Source of the DNA: Camelus ferus
Taxonomy: Eukaryota
Direction: 5' to 3'
Assembly (NCBI RefSeq): GCF_009834535.1
Contig: NC_045696.1
Coordinates: 16,184,001-16,248,000 of the forward strand
DNA: 64,000 nt
Shown: piece after piece, positions 52,486-64,000 of the stretch
Layout: each line of letters opens with the position of its first letter
Numbering within the stretch: the first letter of the stretch is position 1
Translations under genes and position numbers: made by a program
The notes under the pieces: model-generated
What the model was told of the DNA's origin: nothing
Database searches by the model: none
What the model saw: the letters and a program-made list of their open reading frames with translations, nothing else

Positions 52486-53424
52486 AATGAAGTTTTTAAA
52501 GCCCTGTCACTACTTGAAGAGATACTACAAGATGATTCCACTTTGACCCCATTCAGGAGTGTCAAGGTTCAAAAACAACAGGAAAATTGATGTAGCACAT
52601 TGTCACCTTTTACTCCGAATTTTGTGAACTTTACCTTAAATCGTGATTACTGTGACACACTGGTGGTTTGGGTCTGTCTTTATGCCATTCTCTGATGGGT
52701 GGGGGCCCCGGGGCATGGAGGCATTGCCCCCGACACCAAGCTCTGCAGGTGCCTGTGAGGCCCCAGTGTGCTTCCAGGTTTCTTCTTAACTCACCAGTTC
52801 TTACGCAGGGCCCTGCGATTTGAATCAAAATCCAAAAAGAAGTCCTAACTAAAATGACTGGGGCGTGAAGTCAGACCACAGTGGTGGCTCCTAGACCACT
52901 TCTGGCAGGAAACTCTACAGCAGATGTGTCCTGATTTTTTTTTTTTTTTTTTTTTTTTTTAGCATAGTCTGGAGAGCAACCAATGATTTTACACTGAATG
53001 AGGGTTGGTTATTTTGTTTTTCACAAGCAGCTGCCTTCAAGGTTCATATTTTAAAAGAGGGGGAATAATTGTAGTGATATTTGCCACCTGAATATAGAGA
53101 TGTGTTCAAATTGAGATTAATTTTGAAATCTGTTTCCACAAAGTCTAACTGGGAAAGAGATGAGTGTGTTTGCACGTGAGAAAGAGTTGGGAAGGAAGGT
53201 TCACTTGCCTCTTGCTCTGCAAGTCAGAAACAAATTTTGCAGTGCAGTCCCTGTCGAATAAGCTCCATTACTCTTTGTTAACTTCTCCTGCCATGTGCGC
53301 TTAGAGCCTGCTTTAGAAAGGCAGTGCCAGCCAGTGGGCTATCATGTCTCATCCAAAATAGGACATCAGTCTGTGAACCCATTCCAGATTACAAAGCATG
53401 TGTCCAAAAGAATGTTGATTCACC

Positions 53425-53620
53425 TAATCAAAAAATAGATAAAAAACAAATTTCTTCTGTATAGCACACAGAACTATATTCAATATCTTGGAATAACCTT
53501 TAATGAAAAAAAATACGAAAATGAATATATGTATATATATATGCATGATGGGACATTGTGCTGTACACTGGAAATTGACACACTGTAACTAACTATATTT
53601 CAGTTTAAAAAAAAAAAAAA
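53425..53620 (+). mobile_element. Lineage-specific L1 3' tail, sense orientation
   Basis: tttcttctgtatagcacacagaactatattcaatatc...gctgtacactggaaattgacacactgtaact followed by poly(A). Confidence 0.85.
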
Positions 53621-54616
53621 GCACTATTCAGAAAAAGTCTTTTGGATTTGGGGTGAGAAACATGCTCCAAAAGCCAAGGTTAGGGTGTTGTTTAATTTCA
53701 GCCACTGTTGATAGAGCTGTTGACCTAAGGTGGTGAATTTAAAATAGCCTATTTAATGTGTTTACTTCTTTAATAAATATATTTATTTACATGTGCTCAT
53801 GAAAGCATGAGTTAAATCTTACTTCTTTGAAACCGCAAACGGTGACTACTTGTATTGTCTCCTGCACGTCTCTGTATCTTTGCCTTTGGCCTGGATGGTA
53901 TTTAGAGAGTCTGCCCATCCCCTGAGAGCAGATAGAGGAACTCTGTGTTCCTCTGCTTCCTCTTTAAACACTGAACTTCATAAAGCTGCCCCTCAGGCCC
54001 GTGGAGACCAGGCAGACCTTGCCATGTTAGAGAAGGAAGAAGGGCCAGCTGCAGGCCCCGTGCCTCTCAGAAGCGAGAGCCTGAGCCAGCCTGGCCTTGG
54101 CAAACGAGTCACTCCTTCTCCTCCAGAGGCTGGCTTAGTGAAGGGGAGCTCTGAAGCTGCAGCGATCTGCTTCTGAAGCTTTGCCAAGTTAGAAAGGAAC
54201 TTCCTGGGGCATGAAGAACGGAGAGCTGGGAGTGCAAAAGGGAACATATCATATTAACATGATTAAGCCTGTTAGCGTTTTACACTATTTTTATTTAAGG
54301 AACCCTAGAGGCAAACCAAATTTCACCTTCTAGGTTTTAGGCAGGAGGTAGGAGATGTTGAGAGGAAACTGCTGTTTGAAATTCTAAATTACTCTTGTCA
54401 AAACCTGCCTTCATTTTGTTGATGATTACTGAGGCCTGAAATAATTAAAATCGGTTTATGCTCAAATCATAGTGAACATGTTTGATAGAAAGGAAAGTTG
54501 CCAATCATGCCCCTTTTGATGTGACATATACCATAAGAAAAGTATCATGTATGTTAGCCAGACTTGAAAGCATAGTCATTCATAATGGGACCTTTATTAC
54601 ATTAAAACTTTTTTTT

Positions 54617-54792
54617 CACACTACTCTGTATAAAATAAACAACAAGGACCTACTGTATGGCGCAGGGAGCTATATTCAGTATTTTGTAATATCCTATAAT
54701 GAAAAAGAATATGTATATGTATAACTGAGTCACCTTGCTGTACACCTGAAACTAACACAACATTGTGTATCAACTATACTTCAATTAAAAAA
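54617..54792 (+). mobile_element. L1 3' tail, sense orientation
   Basis: taaaataaacaacaaggacctactgtat...gctgtacacctgaaactaacacaacattg followed by an A tail; aaaacttttt on both flanks. Confidence 0.85.
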
Positions 54793-55069
54793 AAACTTTT
54801 TCTTTACCTCATGACTATGACCAGATAACATATGCTTCTTGCTATTTATAAGGTTGCAAAATGATATCAAAAAGCAGTTTTCTGAAGTTTTCATATGTGA
54901 AACTTCAGTAAGAGCTATAATTGTTAAATTGTTACAGCTTTCTGATCAAACAGCTTTTGTCAAATAAAAAGAAAACTAACAGATATCACTAGGTAAACGT
55001 CTTGGTTCTTAGTCCCCACTCAAATAATTTGAAGGACGTCTTAGAGGGTTTCAAAAGTGTATACATACA

Positions 55070-55174
55070 GTGCTCACTTCAGCAGCACATACACTAAATT
55101 GGAACAATACAGAAAAGGTTAATTTGGCTCCCGTACAAGTATGAGATGCAAATTTGTGAAATGTTCCGTATTTT
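55070..55174 (+). pseudogene. RNU6: Full-length U6 snRNA retropseudogene (5' part of a U6/L1 chimera)
   Basis: GTGCTCACTTCAGCAGCACATACACTAAATTGGAACAATACAGAAAAGG...GCAAATTTGTGAAATGTTCCGTATTTT aligns end to end with U6 (about 80% by eye, CpG-decayed). The ACAGAGA box and AGC triad are mutated. Confidence 0.93.
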
Positions 55175-55498
55175 AATTTGACTTAAGTGTCTAGAGTAAT
55201 AAATTTATAGAGACTGAAGATAAAATGGTGGTACAAGAACACTCATTTGAATAGATACGTGCACCCCAGTGTTCATAGCAGCATTATTTACGACTGCCAA
55301 GATATGGTCAGGGCCTGGGAGGAGAAGGGAATGAAGAGTTAGTCTGTAATGAGAAGACGGTTTCAGTTTTGGAAGATGAAAAAGTTCTAGAGATGGATGA
55401 TGGTAATGGTTTCACGACAGTGTGAATGTACGTAATGCCCCACTTGAAATGGTTAAAATAGCAACGTTTGTGTTATATATATTTTATCACAATAAAAG
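55175..55498 (+). mobile_element. L1MB-type 3' UTR fused to U6, with an internal L1 ORF2 fragment
   Basis: ctagagtaataaatttatagagactgaa...ggtttcagttttggaagatgaaaaagttctagagatggatgatggt...attttatcacaataaaa matches the recalled L1MB 3' end. Confidence 0.85.
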
Positions 55499-55599
55499 AA
55501 GAGTATATATGTGTATGTACGTTCGTATCATTTGCCATTGCGAATAGCAAGGGCATTCAGGAATTGACCGAGGATGTTGGATCCTCAATAAGTGTTTGT

Positions 55600-55820
55600 T
55601 ATTTTTTCACTGGAGTATAGCTGATTTACAGTGCTGTGTTAGCTTCAGGTGTACAGCAAAGTGATTCAGTTATGCATATATATATGTATATATATATATA
55701 TATTCTTTTTCAGATTCTTTTCCATTTAGGTAATTGCAAGATATGAATATAGTCCCCTGTGCTATAAAGTAGGTCCTTGTTGTTTCTCTGTTTTCTGTAC
55801 AGTAGTGTGTGTCTGTTCAT
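55600..55820 (-). mobile_element. L1 3' tail, antisense, with (TA)n
   Basis: tggagtatagctgatttacagtgctgtgttagcttcaggtgtacagcaaagtgattcagttat. Confidence 0.85.
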
Positions 55821-57257
55821 TGCCCACCATATTCCAGATTCTGTGCTCATCCCCAGGTATTTTGCAGGTATAGGGCACAGTCTTTCCTACTCAAATAACT
55901 TAGAATCTGCTTGGGGAGACTCTGCATAAAAACAGGTGAGAGAGCTGCCGCTCTCATTAAGGTGAGGGACGCTGATCACGGTGTCTCTTGGCATCAGGCC
56001 GTATCATCTGGCAGCCATTCCTCACTTCCGCCATCACTCACTGAAGATAATTAGAGGAGAAGGGAACCTAGTTTTCAGCCGGCTCAGCCCCATCATTTCA
56101 CTGGCTCCAAGAAACTGTGACATGCCCAAGGTCGTGCATCTGATTAGTGAGACCAAAGGCCAAATCTCTTCTGCTGCCTCTGTATCCAGTGGTGTTTGCT
56201 CTGCATCCCTGCTGATGCCAAGTTAAACACAGCTGGATTCTGGAAGCTATTTATTCAGCTTCAGCACCTGTTCTTTTAAAATAATACAGGCGCAAGAAAT
56301 GTCCCTTTTTTCGCGTATATGACTCAGTAATAAGACTCTTCCTAAGGGAAAGACTCAGCACCCTTGAATGCTTAAGACAACGCAAAGGTATTTTTAAGGA
56401 CGGTAGCGTCAGCAACATTGCACATGTTCCAGGATTTTTGGTTACATTCGTGTTCTGCGTTTACTTAGAAGTCATACGTGAACTCACAAAAAATGACAAC
56501 AAGTGTGCCTTCTGCATGATTGCCATGAGGTGTTTCTGGGCAGGACAAGCATAAATTCCTCTGAAAACACAAGGCAGTAATCCTCAGCCAGGTCTTACCC
56601 ATTCGTGAGAGATCAGGCTTTATGAGTTCAGCCCTGTGAATGTCGCTGGCTGAAACCCTTCAAATTGCGCACGTTATTAGGTCATCTCCTGAGCCAGGGG
56701 AAGGAGTCGTTTTCATGGCTGTGCAGACACAGTTCGTGTGTTTTCACTCAGATATATTTAGAAAAGAGAATAGAAGAGGAAAGAAAAAGAATTTGATGAA
56801 AGGGTTTGTGGATGTTTTTTTCTAAGTTTATATCATTCCTCTGTCGTCTTTTTGATGACTAGCTTTGCTTTATTTCTCTTCTTTCTTCTTTTTTAAGAGT
56901 CATTTGATCCTCAGAATGATCCTGGGCAGCCAAAGCAAATGGTTTCTCCCTGTCTTCTCCTTCATGAGCCTAGCTTTCCCAGAAGCTGATCTCACTGTCC
57001 ACAGCCCTGGGTACCTTTATGTGTGTTGTTCCATCTCCCTGCAAGCCCCTGCCCAGTCTCGCCTACTGAGATTTCATTGAGCTTCCAAAACCCCAACTCT
57101 CATGTCACCTCTGACTTTAAATTATAAAGCGTACAAATTATAAGCACTTGGAGGGTGTGAATCAAATTTCTTGTGCCTTTGTTTCTCCTGAAACAAATTA
57201 CTAGGTACAAGTAAGTATTGCAATACCTGTCTTCAAGAGATTCTTCAGTTAGAAGAA

Positions 57258-57431
57258 CTGTGGTTCTTGGACCTGCAGCTCAGTGTCCCCTGGAAACTTG
57301 CTAGAAATTCACATTCTCTGGCCCCACCCCTGACCTCCTGAATCAGCAATATTGGGTTGAGAGATCAGTGATCTAGCTTTTAACAAGCTGCCCAAGTGAC
57401 TCTGATGCGTGCGAAACTTTGAGAATGACTG
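57258..57431. mobile_element. MER5A-like hAT-Charlie DNA transposon
   Basis: cctggaaacttgctagaaattcacattctctggccccacccctgacctcctgaatcag...tgactctgatgc...tttgagaatgactg. Confidence 0.8.
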
Positions 57432-59629
57432 ATTTAGAATGTATTCAACTTCCAAAACGTAAATAAATAGGTGAGGCTCGATTCTAGCATACCAATAAGC
57501 CAGTTAGATTTACCCATACTCTTCTGTCCAACATCCACAGGGTAAAAACTATATGCCACCAAAAAAATGGTTAAGGCGAAAACCTTAACCATTTGATTAA
57601 TAATGTGTTTGATTAATTTGTAAAATACAGCAGTGTTGCTCCACAGAAGAAGATACGTAATTGCAGAATAGTTCAGGTAAAAAGACGCACGATTCTCATG
57701 CATGATTAAATAGTACCAATCAAAAGCTTATTTCTCAAACTGTCAAACTGGTAATTTTGAAAATCTATCATACCTTGTCATAACATGGGTAAGTGAAAAG
57801 GAGACTCAAAAGCAGTAGAAGGGTGTAACCTTATGAGACTACTTGACTACCAAATACATTAAATGCACAGCCCTTTCTAATTTGACACCATATTCCCCCA
57901 GATACCCTGGCCCACCTGTGGAGAGGGGAGGGGCACCTCCCCTGTGACTTGATTTCCCTCAGTACCATTTATATCTTTTGATAAGCATCACTACTTTTAA
58001 TATCACTGCAAAGAAAGGACAAATGACAGGCAGCAGACTTGGCTTCGTCTTCTCAGACTCTTCAGTTTCTTTTTCTCTCAATTTGAGGTTCAGTGCCCCT
58101 AAAATTATAGGGAAATTACATGTGATGTTGGCTGGAGACGGAACGTTTCAAGGAACTTCAGGTGGAAATGGTTTAAGCCCTCAGTCTAAGTGATCAATGG
58201 AAGTGTTAGACCATCTCTGGTTTCTTCTTACAAGGTTTTAGAGCCTGTGATAACCCTAGAGCTCTCAATTTCTACGTAATTCTGTTAAAAAAACAAAACA
58301 AAACAAAACAAAACTCCTTCCTAATGCACTATTGCTGCCTTCCCTTCCTGTTTTTTAGGATAGTTGTTGTCTGTCAAAACAAGGACTTGGCAACAACAAA
58401 AAAATTTTTTAATACCAAAAATGAACACTTGGAGCAAACCAACCCAATTTAAGAGTTTTGAGGGTAATCACAATAATTACAGAAACGATCCCTCCCTTTC
58501 CTGCTAAGAGTCAGTCTGAAAAGTTTCCAAACTGCTGTTGGCAGTGTCACTTATCATGAGTAAAACAGCAGAAAGAAGCTGTTACAAGAAAAGGAGGAGT
58601 AGGTGGGGTGCGGGGGAGGTGCCTTTTTAGTCCGGTACTCAGGCCCTGCCACGATGTATTTCAAGTTTACGGGCTAAGTCTGCTTTATTTCTCTCACCTT
58701 CCTTTTGGCAGGAAACCAATTGCTCAACACTGAGCGCCTTCTCTCCATCTTGAGGGAGAAACTTTCTTATACCTGACGTATCTCTTTTGGGTATAAGAGG
58801 AGAAGTCAAGGTGAGACTGTCTACAGAGTTATTACTAAAACAAAATTATCTAGGGGGAAAAAAAAAGACCTAAATATCCTGTCTATTGATTAACACGTGT
58901 CCGTTTGTAAGTCAAACATTGTGTGAATATATGCGAGAGATCTTGCTTGCTTTCTAGATCTCTTTGATGTGAAATAAAGAGAGGGGTGCCTCCCCGCATT
59001 CAGTGTGCACCTGCACCCATGCTTCTGCCCACACTTCTTCAAGGGAGCAGCAACGTGGAATCAAGCCTCTCCGTTTTCAGATTAAGGGTTCTAGGTGATT
59101 AAGTGGTTTGATCAAAATCAGAGACTAAATGTGCAATAAAAGTGGTCAAGGCCCAGGGGGTTCACCATGTCTTGCCAAAGCCCTTCAGAGATCAAAGCGG
59201 GTCTTCAGATACTTGGATGTGAAAAAACGAAACCCTTTTTCTTTAAAACAAACAAACAGACAACAGAGAGGGCATAGTAGAGCAGACCTGGGAGCCCTCT
59301 GTGGGAGTCTGAGTCTGGCTGCTCTAGTTTTCTGTACGGCCTTGTTAATCTGGACCAGAGGTCCTTGGAACCCACTGAGAAGACAGGCTAGTGCGATGAG
59401 CTCATCCCTCAGCCTGAACCTTCTTCACTGCTCTGGGTGATTTCTGTGCCTTTATGCATCAGCCGTGGACAGAGAACAGTCTCTGGCATTTGCTGTCTTC
59501 AGTTTGGTTACTGTACGTCCTTGGATGTGAAAGGCACCTGTGAGCTCATCCAACGCCCTTCCTATGGAAATTGTTATTCTGGAAGCCATTGATTCTTAAT
59601 GTGCTCTTGGGGCCAAGGGAAGCCCAATA

Positions 59630-59750
59630 ATTTGGAGGCATTCTTGTTAAAAAGGCAGATTCCTGGACTCCACCTCTGTTTTGTAGAAATCTTCATTTTC
59701 CTGGCCTCCCCAGGTGATTCTTAAATACTCAAAAGTTTAAAAACTCCTGC
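59630..59750. mobile_element. MER5-like fragment
   Basis: cttgttaaaaaggcagattcctggactccacc...ctccccaggtgattctta...aagtttaaaaactcctg. Confidence 0.6.
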
Positions 59751-61090
59751 TTATATGAAATAGCAAAAATACAAGGATTCTTACCCACTTAGATTATATC
59801 TATGCTGATCTTGAACATAGAAGAATAGCAGTTGTTGTCATTGAAAACTAACATGCCCTGGTAAATTAGCCCTGTGGATTTCTGGTGGTGCTTATTTCCA
59901 AAGCTGTGATTGTGTAATATATTAAAGTGAAGCGTTATTAACTTTCAAGTTCAAATTCATTGAGAATTTGTTTAGATGTGACTGCGTTGATGGCTAATTT
60001 TATTTATCCAAGTTAAGACTTCTTATTATGAAAAGGGATTTCATAAACTGCTTATTAACTTCGATTAACTATATCTAAAAGGAGGAATGAGCAGTCCAGG
60101 TGTAGGGCAGACTTCAGTCAGAAAAGGGCTATCTTTCCTAACGTTTTCCCCCTTGGCGTTTTTACTTGCCCTTTCAGAAATTGTGCATCCACTCCTCTGC
60201 CTGCCAGAGTCTTTTCTTCCCTCTTTAATCTTCACTTTCTAATACTGATACTGACATTTTACTTAAAGAAATGACTCATTTAAGCTCTCTTCAAATCTAA
60301 AGTGATATTATTTTAATGAGATGAAGGGGAAAATTGACAAAATACACCTGGACTTGTCAACATGGGGAATGACACACGGTAAAAGCTTGATCTTGGAGGA
60401 CTGTCAGGGAGCCTAACATTAGCTCAGGAAGTGTGTGTCTTCTTGGAGAATTGGCAGAAAAATTACCAAGACAGGGCACGCTGGCTACCAACTCCAGGTG
60501 CTGGACCTGGGAGCAGCTCTCTCTGTTAAGCAGGAGTGAGTGTATTTGGGGATCATACAGGAATGCAAATTATATTCATTTCTCAAAGTCTCTCCTATGG
60601 GAACGTGGCATAGAAATCCTACACCGTCTCCTGTTTTTTTGTTTTTGTTTTTGTTCTTGATCCCCAAAGTGAACAGACTACTAACTGGACATGCCCCAGA
60701 CACATGAGGAAATTGTCATTCGGATTTTTCCCTCTGCCCAGGGTGAAGGCAGGGAGCAAAGGAGAGCACTGAGAACTCTCTTGGCAAGTGGCCATCACAA
60801 GGAAAGAAAATCAAAAGCACCAAAGGTCATGTATCCTTTCTACCCTTCAACTGAGTCATAATGGAAGGGGCTCACTTCCTTATCATTTTTATGAAAGGGG
60901 CAGGCAGGACACGAAGTTCACTGCAGGTCCCTGGTGACCCACTGGTAATTTACATGCCTTTTCTGATCTTCAGCTATCACCTTTTCCAAAACAAACAAAC
61001 AAACAATCAAGAAGACGAAGAAAGCAAAATCCCTCAGACAAAGCTGTTCTGCCCTTTGATCTTCCTTTTATCTGGGTTTGACTCGGTGGG

Positions 61091-61464
61091 TGTTCTGGTC
61101 TACTCGGGCTACCGTAATAAAACACCATAGATTGTGGGCTTAAGCAACAGAAATTTTTTTCTCACAGTTTTGGAGGCTGGAAGTCCAGGATCACGTCTCT
61201 GCAAGTTTGACTTCTCCCAAGTCCTCTCTCCTTGGCGTGTAGACGGCTGCCTTCTTGCTGTGTCCTCGCATGGCCTTTTCTCTGTGCGCGAGTGAGAAAT
61301 CTCCGGGGGCCCTTTCTCTTCCAGTCTTGTTGAAATAGATCCCCACCCTGTGACTTCATTGAACCTTAATTACCTCCTTAAAGCTCCCCATCTCCAAATG
61401 CAATCATATTGGGGGTTAGGACTTTAACATATGAGTTTGGGGGGAAATAGTTCAGTCCCTAACA
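61091..61464 (-). mobile_element. MLT1A-like MaLR solo LTR
   Basis: TG...CA termini with near 5-bp TSD gtggg/gttgg; tctcacagttttggaggctggaagtccaggatca...ttcagtccctaaca. Confidence 0.85.
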
Positions 61465-62049
61465 GTTGGCTACATCCTGCTTTGGGACAGAGCCAGTGTA
61501 CCCCGTCTTCCGTGTTTCTCAACCATCATCTGTTCAGTGCGCTTGGGTTCTTTCATCCTCAAAAACTCAAGGGAGGCCATGCAAGACACTTTTCTTGCTT
61601 CTCTACCCGAAGTCACTGAAACCAGTTTTCACATCCACCATCTTCCACTCTCTCGATGAATTTCAAATGTAAGACCTCTTTGGTATATAGAAAGCATGCA
61701 CTTGACATCGGAGAGGTTTGATGGATTCTTAAATGCTGTTCTCTTACTGATTTCTCCACAGTCTTCTCTTTGTCTCTGAGGGACTAAAGCCAAGCATTCC
61801 CAGTGTTAAAGCATAAGGACAGACCAGATAATATAACATAGTTTAGCAGGATAAACCAATAAGCAGGTATTGGAGCCATGTCTTCTCATATCTTGAGCCA
61901 ATAACCTAGAAGTTGTATTAAACATTCATTCTATTAAGTATTCTGTTCTAATCATCCATCTTTCATACAAGAATAAAAAGAAGAATTTTAGGCTCCTGGA
62001 GAACTTTTGAGTTAAGATCCAGCTTGTGGAGAGTGAACTCAAGTTAAAA

Positions 62050-62560
62050 TTGATATGCTGAATGTTACGGATGACTCCAGCTGCCCCAACGTCCGTCGCT
62101 CAGTTTAGCTGGGCCCACTGACATCCTTCAAAGTCCAATGACCCCATTTCTGGGCTCTCAGATATGCCTGTGATCCCTCAACAGATAAACTACATTCTTT
62201 ACTGGGTGTGTTTCCCCTAACAAGTGAATAACCCCAGGTAATGCTTAATCTCACAACAGCTCAGGCTGGCTTGTTTCAGCCCACCTTAGCAGAGCCAAAC
62301 CCTGCCGCCCTTCACGGACCCTAAACCTCTTACCTCACCTACAACCAAGCAGAGACTTGCACACAAGCCGATCAGGCACCTTGAGACCCTACCTTATAAA
62401 GACCCCAATAACCGGCCCTTGGTGCTCACGCAGGCACCCCTCGCCTGTGTGGCCCACTGCTGTCTATGACAGCGCACCCTGATAAACTCCTTTCGATTTT
62501 TATACTTAACCTCTGGTAAATTCTTTGACCAAGTTTGCCACGCATCGTGCTGCCAGGGAC
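62050..62560 (+). mobile_element. Probable ERV solo LTR, family unassigned, ends approximate
   Basis: C-rich U3-like region, TATA-like ttataaa near 62394, poly(A)-signal-like gataaa near 62481, and LTR-typical ggtaaattcttt. Confidence 0.5.
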
Positions 62561-63006
62561 GGCTGAGCTGCTGGCTTCTCAGGAAGGACGTGACGGAACA
62601 TCTGTGTTTACAGGGTGTTTGGAACTGAGGCCGTGCCCCTGCCTTGCTGAGCTTGTGCCCTCCCTGGTACCCAGAATCCCCATGGTTAAGACCTGCAGCT
62701 GGTGATGGGCAAGAAAAGGACATGGACAGTGTTCCCTGTAGAAGGGAGGCGGGGAGCTGAGAGGTGAAGCAGAGAAGCTTTTAGTCTCCACTGAAAGCAC
62801 CTGCTGGCGCTCAGAGGGGCAACATCTCCGCACTGATGGGGCTAAATTAGACCATTAGATTATAGAACTCTTTTTTCTTCTCTCCAGTCTGTCTATCCCG
62901 GCCTTGAACAGAGGGCTCACTAAGAATCCACATTCTACTCCAGTATGTTTGTTAATGGCTAGAAATGGTTATCTTACTAACAAACAGGTAATACTTGCTT
63001 ATATGT

Positions 63007-63492
63007 GTAGTCCAGTAGTTTCCTGGGACTGCCGTAACAAATGACCATCAACTGGGTGGCCTAAAACAACAGAAATGTATTCTCTCACCATTCTGGAGGC
63101 TAGAAGTCTGAAATGAAGGTGTCCACGGGGCCAGGCTCCCTGCAAAGGCCCCAGGGGAGTATCTGTTTCCTTCCTTTTTCTTGCTTCTGCTGTTGCCAGC
63201 AATCCCTGACATTCCTTTGACTTACAGGTGCACCGCTCCAGCCTCTGCCCCTGTCCTCACGTAGTGTTCTCCGCATCGTCTCTGTCCAGTGTGGTCAAGA
63301 GCCCGCCTCACTCTAGTAGTGTCCACCCCACTCCATACTAGATTGAGGGCCTGTCTTTATTCTAGTATGATCTCATCTTTACTTGATTGCATCCGTAAAT
63401 ACCCTATTTCCAAATAACGTCATATTCGTAGGTACCAGGGGTTAGGACTTCAGTATATTTTGTGGGGAGGGGACACAATTCAACCCACATCA
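63007..63492 (-). mobile_element. MLT1C-like MaLR solo LTR
   Basis: ctgccgtaacaaatgaccatcaactgggtggcctaaaacaacagaaatgtattctctcaccattctggaggctagaagtctg...ggacacaattcaacccacatca. Confidence 0.85.
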
Positions 63493-64000
63493 GTTTTATT
63501 TTTAATTTGCCTTAACTTCTGTGGATCCAAAAAATTGTCCAAGTTTCTTTCAAAAATGCTATCAAATTTAAGTCAAAAGACTGCATGCCTTGAATTTATG
63601 ACCTCTTCCTTTACAAAAAATTAATAAGTTCCATGTTTAATTGGTTCAAATTGTGAAAGGCTTTAAATGCTTTGCATTTGCTTGAAGCAGATTAATGAGT
63701 AAATTTGTAAACCACGGTTGTTTTAATTAGCCAGGGTTAATTAATGCTTACTGCACTTGGAAGATGAAAAGACATGTATAAATGCACCATCCTGTGAATC
63801 ATTTTTTAATTTGTTGTTGAAGCTTAAAGTATATTTGAATTAAGACTGTGTACCTCACACTAAATAAAAGGCTATTGGAGCTCTGTGGTAATTAGTGTAG
63901 AAGACTCTAAATTTTGAGGTGAATTAATTACATTATAGAAGATGATCATCTTTTAATACTTTATATTCAGAGAAAGGTAGTTTTTTTTTTTAATCTGATT

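Noticed and set aside
52930..53045. Cryptic exon after a long poly(T)-AG in intron 13
   Set aside because: The acceptor looks strong, but no convincing donor follows at exon distance.
55070..55174. Functional U6 snRNA gene
   Set aside because: The ACAGAGA box and AGC triad are mutated, CpGs have decayed, it is fused to L1, and no upstream PSE was recognised.
62800..62825. tRNA-Lys primer-binding site (tggcgc) after the putative LTR
   Set aside because: Only about 6 nt match, it is not adjacent to a defined LTR end, and no internal ERV sequence follows.

Overview
Mammalian genomic DNA from inside the amyloid-beta precursor protein gene (APP), transcribed on the + strand. The window runs from intron 6 into intron 13 and holds seven intact coding exons (7-13, human numbering): the alternatively spliced Kunitz (KPI) and OX-2 cassettes plus the E2 domain. 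All have canonical AG/GT boundaries. A tRNA-derived Vic-1-like SINE and a recurrent family of L1 3' ends suggest a camelid (alpaca/llama/camel); this is inference from recalled repeat consensuses. The rest is intronic, with L1, LTR (ERV1/ERVL/MaLR), MIR, L2 and hAT relics. Nearly all ORF-track calls are spurious or are L1 remnants. I found no evidence of a new multi-gene biological system. The most unusual structures are retrotransposition products: a full-length U6 snRNA/L1 chimeric retrocopy that also contains an out-of-place L1 ORF2 fragment, a probable L1 3' transduction, a twin-primed inverted L1 with its breakpoint about 30 nt from the poly(A), and nested insertions. There are also candidate splicing elements around exons 7-8. 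Repeat family names come from pattern recognition, not database searches, and their boundaries are approximate.
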